From: Gemmata obscuriglobus | GTDB lineage: Bacteria > Planctomycetota > Planctomycetia > Gemmatales > Gemmataceae | DNA length: 32,000 bases | Direction: 5' to 3' | Assembly (NCBI RefSeq): GCF_008065095.1 | Contig: NZ_CP042911.1 | Coordinates: forward strand, 900,001 to 932,000 | Shown here: positions 7,880-16,129 of the stretch, one piece after another | Position numbering within the stretch: position 1 is the first letter of the stretch | Layout: each line of letters begins with the position of its first letter | Translations under genes and position numbers: made by a program | Notes under the pieces: generated by a model | Seen by the model: the letters and a program-made list of their open reading frames with translations, nothing else | What the model was told of the DNA's origin: nothing | Database searches by the model: none

Positions 7880-9748
7880 ATGCTCTCGCGCTTCCTCTCG
7901 CGTCTCCGCCGCGTCGCCCCGGTCACCCGCTCCTCCCCAACAGCCCCCCCCCGCGGTCTCAGGCTTGAGGCGCTTGAATCACGCGAAGTGCCGGCCACCG
8001 TGTACGCCCTCAGCGCCAACAACATCCTGCTCAAGTTCGACTCCGCGTCCCCGAACACGCTCGCCGCGACCACCACGGTGGCCGTGCCGGCGGGCGAAAC
8101 GCTCCAGGGCATCGACTTCCGCCCGCGCACCGGGCAGCTCATCGGGATCACGTTCCCGACGGCCAGCACCGGCGACAACCCGGCCAAAACGTACTCCATT
8201 AACCCGAACACCGGGGCTGTGACGCTGATCGGCACCAGCGCCACGGTCACGGGCGGGAACGACTCGACCGCCAACGACATTGACTTCAACCCGACCGTGG
8301 ACCGCATCCGGTTCGCGAGCGCCGCGCTCGGCAACGCCCGCATCAACCCGAACAACGGCGTGCTGGTCACGAACGACGTCGGCATCACGCCGAACACGAC
8401 CGAGATCATCGGCCTCGCGTACGACCGCAACACCGACCGCGCGAGCACGGCCTACCCGACCACGCTGTACGTGATCGACCGGGCGACCGGCACGCTGGGG
8501 CGGCTCGGCAGCGTGGACGGCGCTCCGAACAGCCCGACCGGCGGGGTGTACACGCAGATCGGCGCGCTGGGCGTCACGCTGAGCGCGACTCTTGAGGGCG
8601 GGTTCGACATCGTCGAGGCCACCGGGGCCGCTGGGACCGCTAACAACAACGGCCTGGGCACCGCTTACGCCGCCCTGGCCTCGACCGACGGGCAGACGCG
8701 GTTCTACTCGATCAACCTCACCACCGGCGCCGCCACCCTGATCGGGCTGGTCGGCACCAACGGGGCGGAGGTGTACGACCTCGCGGTGGTGCCCGAGGGC
8801 ACGGTGGTGGTGGGCTCGGGCCTCGGCGCCAACGGCGACGTGCGGCTGCTCGACCCGGCCACCGGCGCGCTGCGCACCGCGGCGCCGATCATCCCGTTCG
8901 ACGGGTTCAAGGGCGGGGTGCGTGTCGCCACCGGCGACGTGAACGGCGACGGCGTGCCGGACGCGATCGTCACCGCGATCGAGGCCGGTAACGGGCACAT
9001 CAAGGTGTTTAACGGCATCACCGGCCAGCAGTTGACCGGCGCGATCGGCAGCTTCTTCTCGTTCGCGGGGTTCGCGGGGTCGGTGAACGTGGGCGCCGGC
9101 GACGTGAACGGCGACGGGTTCGCCGACGTCCTCGTGGTGGCCAACGGGGCGAACGGCCACGTGAAGATCTTCAGCGGCCTGGACGGCACGCTGCTGAACA
9201 GCTTCCTCTCGTACCAGAGCTTCCTGGGCAACGTCACCATCTCCGCGGCCGACTTCGACAACGACGGCCTGGAAGAGGTCGTCACCGCGGCCGCGATCAA
9301 CGGCCACACCAAGGTGTTCAACGGCGAGACCGGGACCGCGTTCGTCTCGGCCAGCTTGCCGAGCTTCCAGAACAGCTTCCTCGCGTTCAGCCCGTACCTG
9401 GGCAACGTGTCGGTGGCCGTCGGCGACGTGAACGGCGACGGCACGCCGGACCTGGTGCTCGGCAGCGGCCCGGGGGTGCGGTTCAACATCCGCGTGGTGA
9501 ACGGCCGCGACGGCACGCTGATTAGCAGCTTCTTCGTGAACGACTTCGGCACCACGTTCACCGGCGGCGGCTACGTGGCCCTCTCGGACTTCAACCGCGA
9601 CGGCCGGTACGACATTCTCACTACCCCGGGCGTGGGCATCCAGGCGTCCGCCGTCGCGATCGACCCGCTGACGGGGACGAAGCTGGGCAGCTTCACCGCG
9701 TTCAGCAACTTCCTTGGCGGCGCCACCGTGGCCGCTTCCCGGTTCTGA
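7880..9748 (+). CDS. Exported DUF4394 domain + FG-GAP/VCBS repeat protein
   Basis: The N-terminal half has the motifs LQGIDFRPRTGQLIGIT, DIDFNPTVDRIRF and TTLYVIDRATGTLGRLG, which are typical of DUF4394. The C-terminal half has at least 5 FG-GAP-type Ca-binding repeats: GDVNGDGVPDAIV, GDVNGDGFADVLV, ADFDNDGLEEVV, GDVNGDGTPDLVL and SDFNRDGRYDIL. Confidence 0.8.
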   Translation: MLSRFLSRLRRVAPVTRSSPTAPPRGLRLEALESREVPATVYALSANNILLKFDSASPNTLAATTTVAVPAGETLQGIDFRPRTGQLIGITFPTASTGDNPAKTYSINPNTGAVTLIGTSATVTGGNDSTANDIDFNPTVDRIRFASAALGNARINPNNGVLVTNDVGITPNTTEIIGLAYDRNTDRASTAYPTTLYVIDRATGTLGRLGSVDGAPNSPTGGVYTQIGALGVTLSATLEGGFDIVEATGAAGTANNNGLGTAYAALASTDGQTRFYSINLTTGAATLIGLVGTNGAEVYDLAVVPEGTVVVGSGLGANGDVRLLDPATGALRTAAPIIPFDGFKGGVRVATGDVNGDGVPDAIVTAIEAGNGHIKVFNGITGQQLTGAIGSFFSFAGFAGSVNVGAGDVNGDGFADVLVVANGANGHVKIFSGLDGTLLNSFLSYQSFLGNVTISAADFDNDGLEEVVTAAAINGHTKVFNGETGTAFVSASLPSFQNSFLAFSPYLGNVSVAVGDVNGDGTPDLVLGSGPGVRFNIRVVNGRDGTLISSFFVNDFGTTFTGGGYVALSDFNRDGRYDILTTPGVGIQASAVAIDPLTGTKLGSFTAFSNFLGGATVAASRF

Positions 9749-9754
9749 TTCACA

Positions 9755-9827
9755 CCGCCGGAAGTGCAACGAGCCGCGGCCGCCGGGGACAGCCCCCGGC
9801 GGCCGCGGCTCGTTGCACTTCCGGCGG
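9755..9827. repeat. Perfect 34-bp-stem palindrome (5-nt loop) between convergent genes; probable bidirectional terminator or REP-like element
   Basis: ccgccggaagtgcaacgagccgcggccgccgggg-acagc-ccccggcggccgcggctcgttgcacttccggcgg. I checked base by base that the arms are exact reverse complements. Confidence 0.8.
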
Positions 9828-9861
9828 TCACCGGGGCTGCGGCGATTCCGCCGGCACGGCG

Positions 9862-11490
9862 TCACGGGCGCTTGCGCCCGCGGATCTGGTTCACCGCGGA
9901 CAGGGCACTGTTGCGGGCGCCGATGTCGTCGGTGGCCTGCGCGAACTGCTCCAGTTCGTTGACCGCGGTCGGGCCGCCCACCTTTAACAGGATGTCGATC
10001 GCGATGAGACGCACGGTCAGGTCGTCGGCGCGTTTCAGCAGCACGAGCCCGGCGGCTTCGGCGTGCGGGCCTCCGATTTCTTCCAGGGCCTGCTTCGCCT
10101 GGTTCGTTTGGCGGTTCGGGCGGCCGATCAGCGATTGCGCCGCCCGGGCCGTTTCGGCGTCCTTCCAGTGCGACAGCAGGCACAGGGCGCGGTACCGCTC
10201 CTCTTCGCTCTGCGACCGGATCGCGTCCAGACACACCTGCCGCGCCTTTGCGTTATTAGGGGTCGTATCCCAGGACACCAGCGCGGCCATCGCGCCGAGC
10301 CGCACCGTCCGGTCCTCGTGTTTGCACAAGCCTTCCAGTTCGACCGCGATTTCGGCCCGGTCGCGGGCGTCGACCGAGTGAATCGTGTCCGACTTTGCCA
10401 GCAGCCCGAGCGTGCGCACCAGCCCGCCGTAATCGCTCCGCTCGCGGTACGTCCGCAACTGGGCGAGCACGGGTTGCGTGGACGGGTCCAGGGGCGTCGG
10501 CCGCGGCTCGGCCTTCGGGGCCAGCGGCTGTGTCAGGTCCGCAACCGCCGGCACGATCAGGGAGAGCGCCACCAGTGCGGCCCCGGTGAGCACGAACCGG
10601 AGCGGCCGCAGCTTCGCGTACTTCTGCTGAAATAGGTAATATGGCGTGATGACCGGGACCGCGCACAGCCGGCCGCGCACGGCACTGCGCATGGCCGTCA
10701 GCCGAACGATCCAGGCATAGCCAAGGGTGATCTGCAGGGCACCGGCCCCCAGCACGACCCACCGGTTCGCCGGCCCGGTGAAAAGTGCGGCAAGGAAGAA
10801 CGCAACGCCCAGACCGGTCAGCAGCATCCACAACGCGGTGGACGGGCGCAGATCGCGACGCGGGGCCGCGCGGGGCTTCATTCGGGCGGTCAACGCGTTC
10901 GTGAGCGCCGCTGCAATATCCGCCTGGGTCTGAAGTTGAACCGGTTCGCTGTACCGGGGCGGCGGGGTATCGCCACCTGTTTGGGGCAACGGGGCTGTCG
11001 GCCGGACTCGTTGCAGCGGCGCAGGCGCCGATTCCCAAGTCGTTTGTGATGGGAGATTTAGCGTCGCAACCGGGGCGTGGCTGGGCTCTTCCTCAATGGC
11101 GGGAGCCTGTTCAAGGGGGGGAGAAACGCGTCCCATCGCGGCAATCGGTTCAGGCTCGCTGTGCGGATGACGCTCAGTTGCCGCGGCAACGGGCTCCATT
11201 TCCGGTTCGCGCACCGGTTCCGGCAACGGCACGTGCGAAGGAGCAGGTGCAGGTTCGGGAACCGTAAGTTGCGGCTCCTGAACGATTTCTCGTTCGGCGG
11301 CCGCGGACACAATCGGTTCCGCTGGCACGTCCAATGTGTGAAGTGGGTCTCCAGTTGCGGTCAACCAGAGGGCGGGATCGGCCGGAATCTGATGGGGCTT
11401 CAGGCACGCTTTGCACACGCTCGCCTGCCCGACACGTCGCTCGTGAACCGCAGTCAGGAGCGAGCAGTGCGGGCAGCGGTACCGAATCAT
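9862..11490 (-). CDS. Zinc-ribbon / multi-TM / HEAT-repeat protein
   Basis: The ATG at 11488-11490 gives MIRYRCPHCSLLTAVHERRVGQASVCKACLKPHQIP (CxxC...CxxC). The track start at 11634 is a TTG. The protein continues with a Pro-rich linker, TM helices (LWMLLTGLGVAFFLAALFTG, VVLGAGALQITLGYAWIV, FVLTGAALVALSLIVPAV) and C-terminal HEAT-like repeats (DRTVRLGAMAALV, ERYRALCLL, DLTVRLIAIDILLKVG). Confidence 0.65.
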   Translation of the reverse strand: MIRYRCPHCSLLTAVHERRVGQASVCKACLKPHQIPADPALWLTATGDPLHTLDVPAEPIVSAAAEREIVQEPQLTVPEPAPAPSHVPLPEPVREPEMEPVAAATERHPHSEPEPIAAMGRVSPPLEQAPAIEEEPSHAPVATLNLPSQTTWESAPAPLQRVRPTAPLPQTGGDTPPPRYSEPVQLQTQADIAAALTNALTARMKPRAAPRRDLRPSTALWMLLTGLGVAFFLAALFTGPANRWVVLGAGALQITLGYAWIVRLTAMRSAVRGRLCAVPVITPYYLFQQKYAKLRPLRFVLTGAALVALSLIVPAVADLTQPLAPKAEPRPTPLDPSTQPVLAQLRTYRERSDYGGLVRTLGLLAKSDTIHSVDARDRAEIAVELEGLCKHEDRTVRLGAMAALVSWDTTPNNAKARQVCLDAIRSQSEEERYRALCLLSHWKDAETARAAQSLIGRPNRQTNQAKQALEEIGGPHAEAAGLVLLKRADDLTVRLIAIDILLKVGGPTAVNELEQFAQATDDIGARNSALSAVNQIRGRKRP

Positions 11491-11630
11491 CGACAGCTCC
11501 GGAGCGGACGAACGCGCTACGCCTTCATTCAGATCGGTTGGACGAGCAGTTAAAACCAATTCTAGCTTACGCTCGGGGCTGAAGAGCCACAACCCGAACG
11601 TAACGAGCCGCCCAACCTGCCAAAATTCAC

Positions 11631-12188
11631 TCAATCACCGTGTTTCGCGCGGAGCCGGGGGGACAGGCGCAAGATGCACTGCACGCGCTCGAGTTGGTCG
11701 AGCCACTCCTGAACTACCGCCTTCTGGACCGGGTCGTCTCCTTTCACGAAGCCGGTTGCGCAGCCTTCGCCGGTGAGCTGGGCGACGAGCGCACGGTAGC
11801 GGGCCAGCGTGCGCTCGCCGTACCGGGCGACCTCGTGGCCGTCTTCTGAGAAGAAGACGGCGACCGGAACCCGGTTTCCGCCGTTAATTTGCAGCGCGGC
11901 CTGCGCGTCGGCGTGCTCGTCGCGGTCGATGTATCGAACGACGACGTTCGGATTGATTTCGGCGATCCGCTCGAAGATGGGGCACTGCGACGAGCAGTCG
12001 CCGCACCAAGCCCCGGCGAGAAGCAGGACGTTTGTGCGTCGCGTGAATGTGCGGACCAGTTCCTGCTGCGGCCCGGTAAGAACCGTTTGCGCGGCCGCGG
12101 CCTGCCAGCGCGCGCGGTGTGCGTCGGTGCCGTACTTCAGGAACTGCGCCAGCGGCAGCCCCGCCTCGAACTTGGTGAACAGGTTCAT
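11631..12188 (-). CDS. Thioredoxin-fold family protein (CxxC)
   Basis: The segment NVLLLAGAWCGDCSSQCPIFERIAEINPNVVVRYIDRDEH has a WCGDC redox motif in thioredoxin-like context. I prefer the ATG at 12186-12188 (MNLFTKF). The track start at 12218 is a GTG and remains possible. Confidence 0.7.
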   Translation of the reverse strand: MNLFTKFEAGLPLAQFLKYGTDAHRARWQAAAAQTVLTGPQQELVRTFTRRTNVLLLAGAWCGDCSSQCPIFERIAEINPNVVVRYIDRDEHADAQAALQINGGNRVPVAVFFSEDGHEVARYGERTLARYRALVAQLTGEGCATGFVKGDDPVQKAVVQEWLDQLERVQCILRLSPRLRAKHGD

Positions 12189-12316
12189 TGTGTGGCTTCT
12201 TACGGATTGTTCCGGCACGAACGGCGCTTTCGTCGGCGCCGGGACGAGATGCGCCGGCGTTCTGAACGCCGGCTCCCGCTAACGAATGATACCGAATCCG
12301 ATTGAAGGGTGACTGC

Positions 12317-12392
12317 ATTCTGTAGCCGGCCTCTGTGAGGCCGGTGCGACACCACCCATGTACACCGGCCTGACAGAGGCCGGCTACAGAAT
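12317..12392. repeat. REPIN-like doublet: two inverted 30-nt REP-like units, each a GTAG-headed hairpin
   Basis: Arm 1 (12317-12346) is attctGTAGccggcctctgtgaggccggtg. Arm 2 (12363-12392) is its reverse complement with one mismatch. The spacer is 16 nt. Each arm contains its own hairpin, ccggcctc-tgt-gaggccgg. Confidence 0.6.
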
Positions 12393-12440
12393 ACGGTGTG
12401 GATACCAATTAATACGACAGCGGCGCGCCGCCGCTCGGGG

Positions 12441-14525
12441 TCAGGCGTTCTTCCGCTTGGCGCGTCGCTTCGCCCCGGCCGGCTGACTGACGGGCACCGT
12501 CTTGTTGCCCAACACGCTCGGCGGTGCGGCGTCGCCGTGCTTCTTGCGCAGCTCGGTTTCGAGCCGCACGATCTGGTCGCGCAGCGCCTGCGCGCGTTCG
12601 AAGTCGAGCGTTTTGGCCGCCTCGAGCATCTCCTCGTACAGGCTCTGAACGTACTCGACCGTGACGTAGTCTTCCGCCGCAGCGCTGCTGCCGGTCGCGG
12701 CCGCCTGCGCCATCTGGTGCGCCTCGATCTCGTCCTCGATCTCGTTCTTGATCGCCGTCTTCACCGTTTGCGGCGTGATCCCGTGTTCGGCGTTGTACGC
12801 GAGCTGGATCTCGCGCCGCCGGTTCGTTTCGTTCATGGCCCGGCTCATCGAGTCGGTCACCACGTCGGCGTACAGGATCACCTCCGCGTTCACGTTCCGC
12901 GCGGCGCGGCCCATCGTCTGGATCAGCGACTTGTCGGACCGCAGGAAGCCCTCCTTGTCGGCGTCGAGGATGGCCACCAGCGACACCTCCGGCAGGTCGA
13001 GGCCCTCGCGGAGCAGGTTCACCCCCACCAGCACGTCGAACTGTCCCTCGCGCAGCTCCCGGAGCACCTGAATGCGTTCGATCGCGTCGAGTTCCGAGTG
13101 GAGCCACTTGCACCGCATCCCGGCGTCGCGGAAGTAGGTGGTGAGGTCTTCCGCCATGCGCTTGGTGAGCACCGTTACGAGCGCCCGTTCGCCCTTCGCG
13201 GCCCGGGTGCGCACCTCGGCCTCCAGGTCCTTGACTTGCCCGCGGGCGGGCTTCACGTGGATGACCGGGTCGACCAGCCCGGTCGGCCGGATCACCTGTT
13301 CGACCACCTCCCCGCCGACCTTCTCCAGTTCGTAGGGGCCGGGGGTCGCGGAGAGGCACAGGCACTGCGTCATCCGCTTCTCGAACTCGTCGAACTTGAG
13401 CGGCCGGTTGTCGAGCGCGCTCGGCAGCCGGAACCCGTGCGCGACCAGCGTTTCCTTGCGGCTGCGGTCCCCGAAGTACATCCCGCGGACCTGCGGCAGC
13501 GTGACGTGCGACTCGTCCACCACGAGCAGGAAGTCTTCAGGGAAGAAGTCGATGAGCGTGTACGGCGCCTCGCCGGGCGCGCGGCCGCTGAACCAGCGGG
13601 CGTAGTTCTCGATGCCGGAGCAGTACCCCACCTCGCGGAGCATGTCCAGGTCGTACCGGCAGCGGGCCTTGAGCCGCTCCATTTCCAGCAGCTTGCCCTC
13701 GGTCTTGAACTGCTCGAGCCGCTGGTTCAGTTCCTCTTCGATGCCCTTGATGGCCGCCTGGACGCGCTCCTCCGGGGTGACGAAGTGCTTCGCCGGGTAG
13801 ATGTAGAGGTCGTCCAGCGGCCGGATCGTTTCGCCGGACACCGGGTGGATCACCGACAGCGTCTCGACGTCGTCGCCGAACAGCTCGATCCGGTACGCGA
13901 ACTCCTCGGACGCCGGCCACACGTCGATGGTGTCGCCGCGGACCCGCACCGTCCCGCGCTCGAACGCCACGTCGTTCCGCTTGTACTGGATGTCGATCAG
14001 CCGCAGGAGCATGTTGTCCCGGTCGAGCGTCTCCCCCTTGCGGACGTAGACCATCATCCGCTTGTAGTCGGAGGGGGACCCGAGGCCGTAGATGCACGAC
14101 ACCGACGCGACGATGATGACGTCCTCGCGGCTCACGAGGGCGGACGTGGCGGCGAGCCGCAGCCGGTCGATGTTCTCGTTGATGCTGGAGTCTTTTTCGA
14201 TGTAGATGTCGCGCTGCGGGATGTACGCTTCGGGCTGGTAGTAGTCGTAATAGCTGACGAAGTAGTGGACCGCGTTGTTCTTGAAGAACCCTTTGAACTC
14301 CTTGTAGAGCTGGGCGGCGAGGGTCTTGTTGTGGGCCAGCACCAGCGTGGGCTTGTTCGCGCGGGCGATGACGTTGGACGCGGTGAACGTCTTCCCGGTG
14401 CCGGTGGCGCCGAGGAGCACCTGGACCTTTTTGCCGTTGGCGAACCCCTGGGTAAGCTGCTCGATGGCTTTGGGCTGGTCGCCGGCGGGCGCGTAATCGC
14501 TGGTGATCTGGAACCGGGCTGCCAT
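12441..14525 (-). CDS. uvrB: Excinuclease ABC subunit B
   Basis: A 694-aa ORF with an ATG start. It begins [24 protein letters not shown] and carries Walker [20 protein letters not shown] (DExH), the beta-hairpin region [10 protein letters not shown], helicase C motifs ([36 protein letters not shown]) and the C-terminal UVR domain ([11 protein letters not shown]). Confidence 0.97.
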   Translation of the reverse strand: MAARFQITSDYAPAGDQPKAIEQLTQGFANGKKVQVLLGATGTGKTFTASNVIARANKPTLVLAHNKTLAAQLYKEFKGFFKNNAVHYFVSYYDYYQPEAYIPQRDIYIEKDSSINENIDRLRLAATSALVSREDVIIVASVSCIYGLGSPSDYKRMMVYVRKGETLDRDNMLLRLIDIQYKRNDVAFERGTVRVRGDTIDVWPASEEFAYRIELFGDDVETLSVIHPVSGETIRPLDDLYIYPAKHFVTPEERVQAAIKGIEEELNQRLEQFKTEGKLLEMERLKARCRYDLDMLREVGYCSGIENYARWFSGRAPGEAPYTLIDFFPEDFLLVVDESHVTLPQVRGMYFGDRSRKETLVAHGFRLPSALDNRPLKFDEFEKRMTQCLCLSATPGPYELEKVGGEVVEQVIRPTGLVDPVIHVKPARGQVKDLEAEVRTRAAKGERALVTVLTKRMAEDLTTYFRDAGMRCKWLHSELDAIERIQVLRELREGQFDVLVGVNLLREGLDLPEVSLVAILDADKEGFLRSDKSLIQTMGRAARNVNAEVILYADVVTDSMSRAMNETNRRREIQLAYNAEHGITPQTVKTAIKNEIEDEIEAHQMAQAAATGSSAAAEDYVTVEYVQSLYEEMLEAAKTLDFERAQALRDQIVRLETELRKKHGDAAPPSVLGNKTVPVSQPAGAKRRAKRKNA

Positions 14526-14615
14526 CGGCGCGTCTCCCGTGGATCGGGCGGAAAAGAATTGGTAGCGTAACGCCGCGGGCGCGGGTTTGGAAAGGTCAGT
14601 AGGGATGTGATGTTT

Positions 14616-14642
14616 ATTGTAATTTTAGCCAATAGCATTCAA
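14616..14642 (-). promoter_or_regulatory. Candidate uvrB promoter
   Basis: On the minus strand: TTGAAT (complement of 14637-14642), a 15-nt spacer, then TACAAT (complement of 14616-14621). It sits in an AT-rich patch about 90 nt upstream of the uvrB ATG. This is a pattern match only and the spacer is short. Confidence 0.3.
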
Positions 14643-14657
14643 GGCAAGTTTGGGATT

Positions 14658-14847
14658 GTCACCTCTGGGAGCCCAGGGTTGTCACCCTGGGCAATGATCC
14701 CGCGCCCCGTTGGGGCGAGAGCCAAATAAATCAGATGTGGGCGATTGATTGCCGACTCGCACGCGAGGATGATTGATGCCATCTCTTCGCCCCAACGGGG
14801 CGCGGGATCATTGCCCAGGGTGACAACCCTGGGCTCCCAGAGGTGAC
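14658..14847. repeat. Perfect 61-bp inverted repeat (arms 14658-14718 and 14787-14847, 68-nt spacer)
   Basis: Left arm: gtcacctctgggagcccagggttgtcaccctgggcaatgatcccgcgccccgttggggcga. The right arm is its exact reverse complement, verified base by base. Confidence 0.9.
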
Positions 14848-14971
14848 AACCCTGGGCTCCCAGAGGCGACAACCCTGGGCTCCCAGAGGCGACAATCCTG
14901 GGTTCCCAGAGGCGACAATCCTGGGTTCCCGGAGGTGACAACCCTGGGCTCCCCGAGGTGACAAACCCCGG
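14814..14971 (+). repeat. Seven directly abutting 23-bp tandem units, each a small bulged hairpin (REP-like array)
   Basis: The TGACAA/CGACAA cores start at 14821, 14844, 14867, 14890, 14913, 14936 and 14959, an exact 23-nt period. The unit is roughly CCCAGAGG-TGACAA-CCCTGGG-CT. Later copies diverge (caatcctgggtt). The array ends 19 nt before the transposase ATG. Confidence 0.9.
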
Positions 14972-14989
14972 ATCATTGCGAGGCCGCCC

Positions 14990-15439
14990 ATGCCCCAATC
15001 GTTCGCGTGCCTGCACGTCCACATCGTGTTCAGCACCAAGTTCCGCGAACCGCTCATCACCCTCGACTTGGCCCCGCGACTTTACAGCTACCTCGGCGGC
15101 GCGGCCCGGATCGCCGAGGCACCGCTCATTGCGGTCGGCGGGATCGCCGATCACATTCACCTGCTCGTGTCGCTCGGCCGGTGCGGGTGCGTCGCGGATC
15201 TGGTCCGCGACCTGAAGGCGAACTCGTCCGCGTGGGTTCACGCGACGTTCCCCGCGGCGCGGTTCGCGTGGCAGGGCGGGTACGGGGCGTTCGCGGTCAG
15301 CAAGTCGAACGTCGAGGCGGTGCGGGCCTACATCGGACGCCAAGAGGAGCACCACCGCAAGCAGAACTACCAGGACGAGTTCCGCGAGTTCCTGACCCGG
15401 CACGAACAGGAATGGGACGAACGATATGTGTGGGATTGA
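14990..15439 (+). CDS. IS200/IS605-family Y1 (HUH) transposase-like protein, RAYT-type
   Basis: A 149-aa ORF beginning MPQSFACLHVHIVFSTKFREPLI. It has the HUH motif in ADHIHLLVSL and the catalytic Tyr context WQGGYGAFAVS. It is a single ORF with no TnpB partner and is flanked by hairpin repeats. Confidence 0.85.
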   Translation: MPQSFACLHVHIVFSTKFREPLITLDLAPRLYSYLGGAARIAEAPLIAVGGIADHIHLLVSLGRCGCVADLVRDLKANSSAWVHATFPAARFAWQGGYGAFAVSKSNVEAVRAYIGRQEEHHRKQNYQDEFREFLTRHEQEWDERYVWD

Positions 15440-16129
15440 GACAGCCGGGACAACTCTGGGGTAGCGTCCACCTCGCGAAATTGCTTTCCGGACGACATCT
15501 GGAACCACTGCCGCGATGCAAACGCCGCAGTGGTCCGCGTCGATACCCCCCCGCCACGTGACGCGCCGCCCGCGGTGCCATCTGCCGAATGGGGCAGCGC
15601 GTCGCGGCAACGGCGGTATCAACCTCCGTTGCATGAAGCGGCTTGATGTGGGGGCGCGACCGGTCGCAACCGCGCCCTTCGACAACCCGAATGCCCGATG
15701 ATTTTGGCGGAACTTGTGCGATGAGCGGCTCAATTCACCGGGGACGTAGCGGAGTATACGGCGTGTCACCGCCCGCAAGTAACGGGGGCACTGATGGGAC
15801 GCCGACGGGACATTCGCTGCCGGTGGGCGGGTCACGGACTGGCAATTCGCTGGTTGGTTGCTACCACGAATTCCACGCTTCAACGCTCGGAACGCGGCCC
15901 CCGCATCATTCAGGTGGGAAGATGCAAAGAGTTTTGGCGTTAAGCTTTGCATCCGCTGCCTCGCGAGCAGGGTGATATTTCCCGCGCTCGAATCCGGGCT
16001 TCGGCTCGGAACAGTGAGGGACAAAAGAGCGGGAATGACCGACTTGCGACGACGTGGGCCGGTGCCCGGTGGTGGCCGGCGCGCCTGTTGCGGTTCACCA
16101 ACTGGCCGCGCCGAACTTGAGGTCCGCTC

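Larger units (their letters stand above)
14658..15461 (+). mobile_element. REPtron-like unit: RAYT gene plus flanking hairpin repeats
   Basis: The upstream inverted repeat and 7x tandem array are described above. One degenerate unit, gggacaactctgggg (15447-15461), sits 8 nt after the stop codon. Confidence 0.6.

Noticed and set aside
7979-10234. 751-aa minus-strand ORF
   Set aside because: It is antisense to the DUF4394/FG-GAP gene, which has repeated GDVNGDG motifs, and it even crosses the 34-bp palindrome and the neighbouring gene. Its composition is dominated by R/A/G/P/V.
11491-11634. An extended start of the HEAT protein at 11634, overlapping the thioredoxin-like gene stop
   Set aside because: That start codon is a TTG. 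The added 48 residues (MSEFWQVGRLVTFGLWLF...) precede a clean ATG that opens directly with the zinc ribbon. I prefer the ATG but cannot exclude the longer form.
12396-14570. 724-aa plus-strand ORF
   Set aside because: It is exactly antisense to uvrB, whose identity is unambiguous (Walker A, DESH, UVR domain).
14814-14971. The 23-bp tandem array as a CRISPR array
   Set aside because: The repeats abut directly with no spacers and the period equals the repeat length. No cas genes are present. The adjacent gene is a Y1 transposase, which favours a REP-like interpretation.
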